Part shown: positions 9,348-17,480 of the stretch, piece by piece
Layout: the number at the start of each line of letters is the position of its first letter
Numbering within the stretch: the first letter of the stretch is position 1
Assembly (NCBI GenBank): GCA_963662285.2
Contig: CAXXMV010000006.1
Location: forward strand, 1,792,001-1,856,000
Direction: 5' to 3'
Length of the DNA: 64,000 nt
Source: a bacterium
Lineage (GTDB): Bacteria > Hinthialibacterota > Hinthialibacteria > Hinthialibacterales > Hinthialibacteraceae
Made by a program: the position numbers and the translations under genes
The notes under the pieces: model-generated
Told to the model about the DNA's origin: nothing
The model's database searches: none
The model's input: only the letters and a program-made list of their open reading frames with translations

Positions 9348-10592
9348 ACTCTTTTTTCGCCTCATCAGATTTCGAACCTTTTGCCACCAAGTAATCTTTC
9401 GTGGCGCAGGAGACTCCGAAAACGATACTGCACTGGTGTTGTATGCAAAGCGATACTTGCATTTTGGACAAGTTGCGATCAAGTCACCCGAATTCTCGGG
9501 TAGCCTTAACTTTGTACCATCTTGTGGGCATACCACAATATTGAACATCGCTGATGACGGAGGCGGAAAACTGTGCCCATTTCGGGAGAGATGGTGGCTG
9601 ATCTGTCTGGCGTGCTTGAGAAATCCATCTGCTTCTTGTGAGATTGAACGGACTCTCTCGCTTAGGCGATCAATCTCGAACTCGATCTTTATTGCCTGAA
9701 GAAACCGCAGGGCCGGGTCTGCTGTGGTCTCATTGATCATCGCAACAGCGTTCTGGAGCAGCGTGCCAATCTTCTTGTGTTCAGCCTTGAGAAATGCGTT
9801 GACGGTCTCGCAAAAGCTTCTGCGGACGTATGTCAGGTGCTTGTCCAAGTCTGCCATAATGTATTGTGTCTGAGTTACCTCACCCTTGAACCCATCGATA
9901 CTCCTCCGTGAAGCCTCTCTCTGGTGAAAGTTAGGTGAATAATGATGTCCGTATGATGAGTTGCAGGTTCTAAATGCGTGTGTCGCTTCAGCATTAAGAC
10001 CCTGCATGAAGTCTGAAGAAGGAATCTTTCGCATTGCACAGACCAAGTTATAGACGAAGGCGAGTTGGTCACGGTCGAGGTAGCCAGCCGTCATGGCCTC
10101 TGTGATGGTTCGTGTGCCGTTGGGTATGGTTTCATACCTTACGTTTTCAGTCCTGCAACCGTTGAGCATGATCTTACCGAAGCCAAGAAAGACACTGGTG
10201 ATATCCGTTAGGATTTCGTTGTCGATCTCTATGGCAGAGCGGATTCCGTTGCTTTGAAGCCACTTGTGGCATATTTCATGACACAGCGTAGCACCAACAG
10301 AGTCAGGGAATTTCATCATTTCGGGGTCGATTTCGACGAAAACACTTGTCCCCTCGGTAGAGAGGTCAATATGGCCTCCGACCTTTTCCTTCTGCTTCGC
10401 TATTGCGACAATAAAAGTATAGTCGGTCAGCCCGATGAACTCAGCAATATCTTTAGCTGTGCCCTGAATAGACAAATGATCATGAAATGGTGTCGTAAAT
10501 GGTTGCATGACCCGGTACTGCACGCTGGCACCGGTCTTCTGCTCCAGCAGGATCAACTTGTCAACAAAGGCTTCTACAAATCGTTCGGACAT
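9342..10592 (-). CDS. Cassette 3: HExxH (ImmA/IrrE-like) metallopeptidase domain + helical region + C-terminal zinc ribbon
   Basis: ATLCHEICHKWL…NEILTD…LGFG; CPQD…CPKC at the C terminus; stop codon inside attC R''. Confidence 0.7.
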   Translation of the reverse strand: MSERFVEAFVDKLILLEQKTGASVQYRVMQPFTTPFHDHLSIQGTAKDIAEFIGLTDYTFIVAIAKQKEKVGGHIDLSTEGTSVFVEIDPEMMKFPDSVGATLCHEICHKWLQSNGIRSAIEIDNEILTDITSVFLGFGKIMLNGCRTENVRYETIPNGTRTITEAMTAGYLDRDQLAFVYNLVCAMRKIPSSDFMQGLNAEATHAFRTCNSSYGHHYSPNFHQREASRRSIDGFKGEVTQTQYIMADLDKHLTYVRRSFCETVNAFLKAEHKKIGTLLQNAVAMINETTADPALRFLQAIKIEFEIDRLSERVRSISQEADGFLKHARQISHHLSRNGHSFPPPSSAMFNIVVCPQDGTKLRLPENSGDLIATCPKCKYRFAYNTSAVSFSESPAPRKITWWQKVRNLMRRKKSG

Positions 10593-10614
10593 CGTCGTGT
10601 GATTCTTTCCATGT

Positions 10615-10678
10615 GGCTAACGCTTGGGCTCAGGGGCGTGCGGCGAAGCGGAGCGTCCCTTGGAGCCCATTGTTATGC
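10615..10678 (-). other. attC site (64 bp, cassette 2)
   Basis: Minus strand GCATAAC AATGGGCTCCAAGGGACGC…GCACGCCCCTGAGCCCAAGC GTTAGCC. Confidence 0.9.
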
Positions 10679-10680
10679 GA

Positions 10681-11337
10681 TTAATGCCCAAAGGAGGCGA
10701 TGTCGAATTGTGCAGCGAAACCTTTTGCTAGTGATTTAGGATCGACACCATCTCTGAACGCTCGCTTAAAGGGCTCGTGTTCCATAAAATCAATGAGGCT
10801 ATTCCCTTCCTCATTTGCTTCCAGTTGCGGATTTTCCTTACCTGCTTCGATCTTGAAAACCCGGTACCACTCTTCCCACGTAGAATGCTCAGATGACGCC
10901 ATGATCTCATCGATTTCATCTGCGATGGGTGATTCCGAAAACTCTTTGGCTATCTCTGCGAAGATAGACATAGATGCCTCAAGGAGTTGGTGATCAAGGC
11001 TGTTGAGTGTATATAGCCTGCCATTAGTTTCTAGTTCTGAGAGTATATTGCCGAGAGATAAGACAAGAGCATTTCTATTCAGATCGCCATCCTCGAACAG
11101 CTCAATTCCATTTGCCAGCGCAGAAGCTGCCACCGTTATTTTGTGCGGGCGCTGACCGAATTTTCCATCAAAAACATCTGGCTTTGAGTCCCACACAACC
11201 TCTACCAATTTGTTTGCGAACTTCGCTGGATCTAGGTCTAAAAGCCCTACCTTAGCTTGATGCTCAAGTAAGTTCTGAACGACAACAGCTGACTCGCTCT
11301 TTTTATATGTTCTCTTGATTCCGCTAAAGAGACCCAT
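10681..11337 (-). CDS. Cassette 2 hypothetical alpha-helical protein
   Basis: 218 aa ORF with AAGGAG RBS, filling the space between two attC sites. Confidence 0.8.
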   Translation of the reverse strand: MGLFSGIKRTYKKSESAVVVQNLLEHQAKVGLLDLDPAKFANKLVEVVWDSKPDVFDGKFGQRPHKITVAASALANGIELFEDGDLNRNALVLSLGNILSELETNGRLYTLNSLDHQLLEASMSIFAEIAKEFSESPIADEIDEIMASSEHSTWEEWYRVFKIEAGKENPQLEANEEGNSLIDFMEHEPFKRAFRDGVDPKSLAKGFAAQFDIASFGH

Positions 11338-11359
11338 GATTACTCCTTCTGGCTTTTAC

Positions 11360-11410
11360 GCCTAACGATGCTCCTCAGTAGCGGCGTCTCATTGCAGGGG
11401 CTGGTTATGA
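11360..11410 (-). other. Short attC site (51 bp, cassette 1)
   Basis: Minus strand TCATAAC CAGCCCCTGCAATGAG ACGCCG CTACTGAGGAGCATC GTTAGGC. Confidence 0.75.
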
Positions 11411-11905
11411 TTTATTAATGATACCTAGAGCTTCTTCTCCGATAGCCGAGGTATCTTTAAAGAGAGCAAGCAACTCGGTATAATGCCCAATTAGCTGTTC
11501 CCTGGATATCTCATCAATATTCAAATTTTCGATTTGTTTGATGTCCTCTAGGATTGCGAAACATTGTGTATAAAATGTTGCTATCAATTTAGGCAACGGA
11601 CTTGACAGGCTTCCTAGTTTGTCTACGTTGCTCTTGTATACGCTGAAGTAGTCGTAAGTGACATGGAAATAGAACATAATCATCAACTCGAAATCAGGCT
11701 TCTGCATTTTAGCAATTAGCTGTTCGAGATGTTCAACGTACTGTCGTTTTTTGACGATTTCTATTATTGCTTCAATTTCTCCTGCAAAACCACCAGCAAG
11801 GCTTTTTCTATTCATCTTCTGTTGAGACGTTAACGCGATATAATTAGCAATGATACCACCAGCTATTGCAAGCACACCACCAATCAATACTCCGACTATT
11901 TCCAT
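11405..11905 (-). CDS. Cassette 1 hypothetical protein with N-terminal TM helix
   Basis: IVGVLIGGVLAIAGGIIA N-terminal anchor; stop in attC R''. Confidence 0.8.
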   Translation of the reverse strand: MEIVGVLIGGVLAIAGGIIANYIALTSQQKMNRKSLAGGFAGEIEAIIEIVKKRQYVEHLEQLIAKMQKPDFELMIMFYFHVTYDYFSVYKSNVDKLGSLSSPLPKLIATFYTQCFAILEDIKQIENLNIDEISREQLIGHYTELLALFKDTSAIGEEALGIINKS

Positions 11906-11929
11906 AAGATCATCCCTTTAGGTACTGGA

Positions 11930-11956
11930 TCATAACAATTTATTCAATGGTTTCCG
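11930..11956 (-). other. attI-like site
   Basis: Minus strand CGGAAACC ATTGAAT AAATT GTTATGA. GTTATGA is the exact complement of cassette-1 R'' TCATAAC, and there is no attC hairpin upstream. Confidence 0.65.
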
Positions 11957-11957
11957 A

Positions 11958-11986
11958 ACTTTATGCCATATTGTTTTGATCGTCAA
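11958..11986 (-). promoter_or_regulatory. Pc-like sigma70 promoter for the cassette array
   Basis: Minus strand TTGACG-N17-TAAAGT directly upstream of the attI-like site. Confidence 0.6.
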
Positions 11987-12396
11987 TACAATTTCGTATA
12001 ATTTTTTGAAATATTCTAACCGTTATTTATTACAAATTAACTTTAATCCGGAAAACTATTGTTTATGAAAATGTATCACTCCACATTAACGCCCAGCATA
12101 TACCAGAATACGTTTTCAGCGATGATTCGGGTGTTGTAGTCTCTTGCTTTTTTTGCTTTGCCTGAGAGGGTATTGGGATCAGCGACTACAAGCATATCCA
12201 ATTTTTTTATTACAGATTTTTACAATAAGCCCATCTTACCTTTTATAATCCCACACCCAATCAATAAAATATAGGGCATTGCTGTATAAATATCATACTA
12301 CTAACTAATAAGTAGACATGTTTATGTTGTTGTTGCCAAAAAACAGCATAGGTGATGGAGTTGAGAATTTGGAAGATGGAAAGATATAGGTAATCC

Positions 12397-12431
12397 CGAT
12401 GGGACACGCTGGCGCTTTGTCCCATCCTACG
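12397..12431 (-). repeat. GTAG-family REP (family A)
   Basis: CGATGGGACACGCTGGCGCTTTGTCCCATCCTACG; 31 nt identical to 8709-8739. Confidence 0.85.
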
Positions 12432-12497
12432 ATTTATGAAATTTTCGAGGATTTTAATCTTTTATCTGAAAGACCTAAGCCTGGGGAATTTGAAGTT

Positions 12498-12570
12498 CAG
12501 GCGCGGAGGGATTTGAACCCCCAACCTGCTAATTTGGAGTCAGCTGCTCTGCCAATTGAGCCACGCGCCT
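12498..12570 (-). tRNA. trnW: tRNA-Trp (CCA)
   Basis: AGGCGCG acceptor stem, GCTC/GAGC D arm, GCTGA-CTCCAAA-TTAGC anticodon arm, GGTTCAAATCC T arm; 3' CCA not encoded. Confidence 0.95.
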
Positions 12571-12847
12571 ATAAACAGGGATTACTATAACTTTACTGGG
12601 TTTGGTGTCAAGTACTATTCTGGCATATATTTAACATATCTTTATACAATCCAGCTGATCTCACAATATTTCTTATAACAATCCGTCCGAAATATCTATC
12701 TTGGAATATATCTTTTATCGCTCTAATCAATCTTGTAAAAACCAAAAAAATCATGCTTCTTCCGTGCTGCTTGGTTTATAAATTTTAGTTTATATAATTG
12801 TGTGATTATAATTTCTCACTTAATTTCAAAACTCTGGATATTTATCA

Positions 12848-14314
12848 ATGACAGAACCATATCAATTGACTGCCTGTGAAGCGGCGGAAGCGTTGCAAAA
12901 CGGCTCGCTATCCTCATCAGAGTTGACTCGTTCAGTGCTGGACCGGATCGAAAGCCTTGATGCCAAAGTAAAAGCTTTTCAGACAGTTATGCCCGAAAAA
13001 GCGTTAACCATGGCCCAAGAGATCGATGAGCGACGCACCAAGGGGGAAGAGTTGCATCCCTGGGCGGGCGTACCCATCGCGCTCAAGGATAATTTCTGCC
13101 TCAAAGAGGCGCCATGCACCTGTTCATCCAAAATTCTGGAAACTTTCATCCCGCCATATAACGCTACGGTGGTTGATAAAATGCTGGCCGCCGGGCTGAT
13201 TCCCATAGGCAAGACCAATCTGGATGAATTCGCCATGGGGTCATCGACCGAAAACTCAGCCTATAAAACTACCGGCAATCCCTGGGACCTGGAGCGGGTT
13301 CCCGGAGGTTCGAGCGGCGGCTCGGCGGCGGCGGTTATTGCTGATGAGACCATACTTGCGGTTGGTTCTGATACGGGCGGCTCAATACGTCAACCAGCCG
13401 CTTTCTGTTCGATTACCGGAATGAAACCGACTTATGGGCGCATATCCCGTTATGGTCTGGTGGCCTTCGCATCATCGCTGGATCAGATAGGCCCCATGAC
13501 CAAAGATGTGCGTGATGCAGCTGGGTTATTAGAGATCATGTCCGGCGTCGATCCGCATGATTCAACTTCTATAGATCAACCAGTGCCGCATTATCTGAAT
13601 GAACTTACGGGAGATGTAAAGGGACTGAAAATCGGCATCCCCAAGGAATATTCGATTGACGGCATGAATCCTGAGATCAAAGAGGTTTGGGACAACGCAG
13701 CCAAATTTTATGAAGAGCAGGGAGCTGAATGCCGTGAAATTTCCTTGCCGCATACTGAATATGCTATCGCTACTTACTATATGATCAGCACGGCGGAAGC
13801 ATCCAGCAATCTGGCGCGCTATGATGGCGTCGTCTATGGTTACCGCTCTGAAGGCCCACATGATAATATTGTAGATATGTACTGCAAATCGCGCAGCGAA
13901 GGTTTTGGCGCAGAAGTCAAGCGCCGCATCATGTTGGGAACCTATGTGCTCAGCGCCGGATTTTACGACGCCTATTACCGCCGCGCTCAGCGGGTAAGAA
14001 CTTTGATCAAGAACGATTTTGACGCCGCATTCAAAGAAGTAGATATAGTATTATGTCCGGCTACGCCGTCTACTCCATTTAAGGCGGGAGAGAAAACTGG
14101 CGATCCTCTTGAAATGTACCTTTCCGATGTATTTACGGCGCCATTGAACTTGGCCGGGCTTCCGGGAATCGTTATTCCCGGTGGTTTCAGCAGCGATGGT
14201 CTGCCTATTTCGATTCAGATGATAGGACCAGCCTTACAAGAGAGTCTACTGCTGAATACTGCCCATTGTTATCAGTTAGGTACGGATCATCACCATAAAA
14301 GACCAACGTTATAA
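12848..14314 (+). CDS. gatA: Asp/Glu-tRNA amidotransferase subunit A
   Basis: GKTNLDEFAMGSSTENS, PGGSSGGSAAAV, GSDTGGSIRQPA, EVKRRIMLGTY. Confidence 0.97.
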   Translation: MTEPYQLTACEAAEALQNGSLSSSELTRSVLDRIESLDAKVKAFQTVMPEKALTMAQEIDERRTKGEELHPWAGVPIALKDNFCLKEAPCTCSSKILETFIPPYNATVVDKMLAAGLIPIGKTNLDEFAMGSSTENSAYKTTGNPWDLERVPGGSSGGSAAAVIADETILAVGSDTGGSIRQPAAFCSITGMKPTYGRISRYGLVAFASSLDQIGPMTKDVRDAAGLLEIMSGVDPHDSTSIDQPVPHYLNELTGDVKGLKIGIPKEYSIDGMNPEIKEVWDNAAKFYEEQGAECREISLPHTEYAIATYYMISTAEASSNLARYDGVVYGYRSEGPHDNIVDMYCKSRSEGFGAEVKRRIMLGTYVLSAGFYDAYYRRAQRVRTLIKNDFDAAFKEVDIVLCPATPSTPFKAGEKTGDPLEMYLSDVFTAPLNLAGLPGIVIPGGFSSDGLPISIQMIGPALQESLLLNTAHCYQLGTDHHHKRPTL

Positions 14315-14525
14315 TATTATTTCGTTAATATATAACTTTTTTTTAACCGCTGTATAACTGTTAAAAGTTTATTATTGCAAACTCATTAAACAATGTAAAA
14401 AATACTGCTTTTGACAATCGATATTAATTTCTTTATTTTTATGGCAGCGAATAAGTATCTGGGATTTTTACTGGCGGCAAAAGAACCATAATTCTGTGTT
14501 AGGACTATTAAACTAAAGATTAATT

Positions 14526-15470
14526 ATGACCGAACCTTTTCGTATTTTATTCGTATGTACTGGCAATAGCTGCCGTAGCCCGGTTGGCGAAGCAATTCTT
14601 CGTAAGAGACTTGATGAAAGAAATCTTTCTGACTCGGTCGAAGTGCTTTCTGCTGGAACTTTCGCTTTGGATGGTAAAGACGCTTCAGAAGAAGCGGTGG
14701 TCGCGGTTGAGAAATTCGGAACGTCTCTGCAAGGCTTTAAATCGCATACGCTTACCGATGAAATAATGGATAGCGTCCATTTGGTACTGGTGATGGAACA
14801 TGCCCATCTGGACCTCATTGAGGAGCATTACCCTCACTCCGCCGATAAAGTGCGAATTTTAGGACAGTATCTTTATCCAACCGGTCCGGAAGAAATTCCC
14901 GATCCAGTTGGAGGACCACAGGACTTGTTTGATGAAATCGCCGCATTGATCGAAGAGTGCATCTATAATCTGCTGCGCGAATGGGATGAGGTTGTGACAA
15001 GGTATCACCATCCTAAGCGCAAGGTTATATCTGTTGGCGTAGATCATCGCGGCTTTGGTCATAAAGAGTGGTTGATAAAAACCCTGGAATCCATGAACGT
15101 TACAGTGATTGATTGCGGGACCAACTCAACCGCATCGTGCGACCACCCCGATATTGCGTTTAAGACGGCGGGCTTGGTATCATGGCGCAAAGCGGATCGC
15201 GCCGTACTGCTATGCTCTACTGGACATGGAATGCTGCTTTCAGCCAATAAGGTATTGGGCGTTCGCGCTGTAATGCCGGTGAATGAAGAACATGCCAAAC
15301 TCTCCTGTATGCACAATAATTCTAATGTATTGGCTTTTGGCGCCGATTTCCATTCTAAAGAACAGATGGAAAATATCATCCGGACATGGTTGAATACAGA
15401 ATATCTGGGTGGAAGATATCAATGGCGAATTAGAAAAATCACCAATTATGAGTGTTTTAACCGGGGCTGA
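14526..15470 (+). CDS. Fusion: low-molecular-weight (YwlE-like) protein phosphatase + RpiB/LacA-B sugar-phosphate isomerase
   Basis: N-terminal FVCTGNSCRS…IPDPVGG; C-terminal GVDHRG, CSTGHGM…ANKV.GVRA, HNNSNVL, GGRY. Confidence 0.88.
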   Translation: MTEPFRILFVCTGNSCRSPVGEAILRKRLDERNLSDSVEVLSAGTFALDGKDASEEAVVAVEKFGTSLQGFKSHTLTDEIMDSVHLVLVMEHAHLDLIEEHYPHSADKVRILGQYLYPTGPEEIPDPVGGPQDLFDEIAALIEECIYNLLREWDEVVTRYHHPKRKVISVGVDHRGFGHKEWLIKTLESMNVTVIDCGTNSTASCDHPDIAFKTAGLVSWRKADRAVLLCSTGHGMLLSANKVLGVRAVMPVNEEHAKLSCMHNNSNVLAFGADFHSKEQMENIIRTWLNTEYLGGRYQWRIRKITNYECFNRG

Positions 15471-15624
15471 TATAGCGACTCTTCTTTTGTTTCGCGTATA
15501 TTTCCCGTAATATTATGTATAAACAGTGATCGATTGTTTAAGTACTTAGATTTTAGATATAAATCAGTTAATTAAAAAATAATTATTAATCTTAAATAGA
15601 TTTTATCGAAAAGGAGTATCGATT

Positions 15625-16881
15625 GTGTTAGAGCAACTGCGAAGCGTAGATCCGGAAATCTATAGCGCCATTCTAAAAGAGACCAGGCGTCAGCATGATA
15701 AACTTGAATTGATTGCCTCTGAGAATTTCGTTTCAGAAGCCGTTCTGGAAGCCATGGGAACTCCTTTGACTAACAAATACGCTGAGGGTTATCCCGGTAA
15801 GCGCTATTATGGCGGATGCGAGTGCGTCGATATCGCAGAACAATTGGCGATTGACCGGGCCAAGCAATTATTCGGCGCCGATAATGCCAATGTGCAGCCT
15901 CATTCCGGTTCGCAAGCCAATATGGCTTCATACATGGCCTTGATTGAGCCTGGTTCAAAAATTATGGGGATGGACTTGTCGCAAGGCGGGCATCTGACTC
16001 ATGGCAGTCCGGTCAATTTTTCCGGCAGACTTTTTGAAGTTCAATCATACGGCGTTAACCGCGAAACCAATCAGATCGAAGCAGATGAATTTAGGAAACA
16101 AGTCGAAGAGTTTAAGCCGGCTATGGTCATTCTTGGAGCATCGGCTTATCCCCGTGAAATAGATTTTGAAACTTTAGGCGAGATTATTCACAGCGTCGGC
16201 GCTAAAGCAGTAGCCGATATTGCCCACATTGCCGGTATGGTTGCCGTGGGTCTGCATTCTGATCCGATCCCTCATATGGATATTGTCACCACCACCACTC
16301 ATAAAACGCTGCGCGGGCCGCGCGGCGGCTTGATTCTTTGTAAGGAAGAGTATACCAAAGCAGTCAATAAACATATCTTCCCCGGCAGCCAGGGTGGTCC
16401 ATTGATGCATGTCATCGCGGCTAAAGCGGTTGCTTTCCATGAAGCGCTTCAACCGGAATTCAAAACTTATCAGCAACAGATTCTGGATAACGCCAAAGCT
16501 ATGGAAGAGACCTTCCGCCAACGCGACATTCGTATGATTTCCGGCGGTACGGATAATCATCTACTCCTGCTGGATGTGGGACATAACGGTCTAACAGGTA
16601 AAGCCACCGAAAAAGTATTGGATCGCGCATCAATAACAGTCAACAAAAACATGATTCCGTTTGATGAGCAGACGCCTTTTGTTACCAGTGGTATACGAAT
16701 CGGCGCTCCGGCATTGACCAGCCGAGGTTTGAAGCAGGATGATATGAAGAAAATCGCTAATTGGATCGCCGATATTATTGAATCAAAACTGGATGAATCA
16801 GTCACTGAATCGGTAGCCAGACAGGTCAAGGAATTTGTAGTTGATTTCCCGTTATATACCCGTTGGCGCGAACTATCTTAA
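15625..16881 (+). CDS. glyA: Serine hydroxymethyltransferase
   Basis: [36 protein letters not shown]. Confidence 0.98.
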   Translation: MLEQLRSVDPEIYSAILKETRRQHDKLELIASENFVSEAVLEAMGTPLTNKYAEGYPGKRYYGGCECVDIAEQLAIDRAKQLFGADNANVQPHSGSQANMASYMALIEPGSKIMGMDLSQGGHLTHGSPVNFSGRLFEVQSYGVNRETNQIEADEFRKQVEEFKPAMVILGASAYPREIDFETLGEIIHSVGAKAVADIAHIAGMVAVGLHSDPIPHMDIVTTTTHKTLRGPRGGLILCKEEYTKAVNKHIFPGSQGGPLMHVIAAKAVAFHEALQPEFKTYQQQILDNAKAMEETFRQRDIRMISGGTDNHLLLLDVGHNGLTGKATEKVLDRASITVNKNMIPFDEQTPFVTSGIRIGAPALTSRGLKQDDMKKIANWIADIIESKLDESVTESVARQVKEFVVDFPLYTRWRELS

Positions 16882-16932
16882 TATATTCTTATACGATAAA
16901 TAATATCTCTGATTGTAAAGGAGACCTGGTTT

Positions 16933-17418
16933 GTGAAATGTCCTTTCTGCGGTTCTGAAAAACATCATGTCGTAGATTCGCGCACCACCTCTGAAGGTGA
17001 AATTCGGCGGAGACGTGAATGTCAATCATGCGATAATCGCTTCACTACCTATGAACGGGTTGTAGAAGTCCAATTGAGAATTATTAAACGGGATAAACGG
17101 CGTGAAGATTATAACAGCGAAAAAATATCCAAAAGCATCCGCATCGCTTGTCAAAAGCGCCCTGTTTCAGAAGAACAGATTCAGGAATTGACCAATCGGA
17201 TCGAACATAGTTTGTTTTCAAAGGGTGAAAGAGAAATTCCCAGTGAATTCATCGGCGAAGAGGTCATGCGGGAACTGATGGATATGGATCATGTCGCCTA
17301 TGTCCGTTTCGCTTCCGTTTACCGACAATTCAAGGATTTGAATCAATTTATTGATGAACTATCTAACTTAATGAACAAGAAAATGAATTTTCAAACAGAT
17401 AATAATCCATCATCCTGA
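16933..17418 (+). CDS. nrdR: Transcriptional repressor NrdR
   Basis: MKCPFCG…DSR…RRRREC..C..RFTTYE, ATP cone, VAYVRFASVY. Confidence 0.98.
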   Translation: MKCPFCGSEKHHVVDSRTTSEGEIRRRRECQSCDNRFTTYERVVEVQLRIIKRDKRREDYNSEKISKSIRIACQKRPVSEEQIQELTNRIEHSLFSKGEREIPSEFIGEEVMRELMDMDHVAYVRFASVYRQFKDLNQFIDELSNLMNKKMNFQTDNNPSS

Positions 17419-17480
17419 TATCTGGATATTGTATGCATTTAACCCAATCCAGAACACGATTTTGATTATCGCTCTAATAT

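Larger units (their letters stand above)
8745..11990 (-). mobile_element. Integron cassette array lacking an adjacent integrase (CALIN-like, with attI/Pc), four cassettes
   Basis: Four co-oriented ORFs, each followed by a TAAC…GTTA hairpin. Each cassette's 5' GTT core matches its own R'' (GTTATGA/TCATAAC, GTTAGGCG/CGCATAAC, GTTAGCCAC/GTGGCTAAC, GTTAGGTGA/TCATCTAAC). Confidence 0.88.

Noticed and set aside
9274-9503. ORFs 9274..9471(-) and 9303..9503(+), also 10254..10739(+)
   Set aside because: They read through attC palindromes (LTRRSTG…APLPPVS is a typical attC translation artefact) and overlap the real cassette gene.
12064-12396. Possible intI remnant opposite attI
   Set aside because: Only a 24-codon ORF and an imperfect hairpin (TTGTAGTC…GACTACAA); no tyrosine-recombinase motifs visible.
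6200-12500. Prophage/ICE integrated at trnW with an att duplication
   Set aside because: No integrase, and no duplicated tRNA 3' end found by eye; not exhaustively searched.
12498-12570. tRNA-Trp as a frameshift or UGA suppressor explaining the +1 breaks
   Set aside because: Normal 7-nt anticodon loop (CTCCAAA) and G24; nothing suggests suppression.
12399-12590. 63-aa ORF
   Set aside because: Composed of a REP and the antisense strand of tRNA-Trp.
14526-15000. ArsC arsenate reductase call from CTGNSCRS
   Set aside because: Lacks the resolving cysteine pair; VLVMEHAH and DPVGG fit LMW phosphatases.
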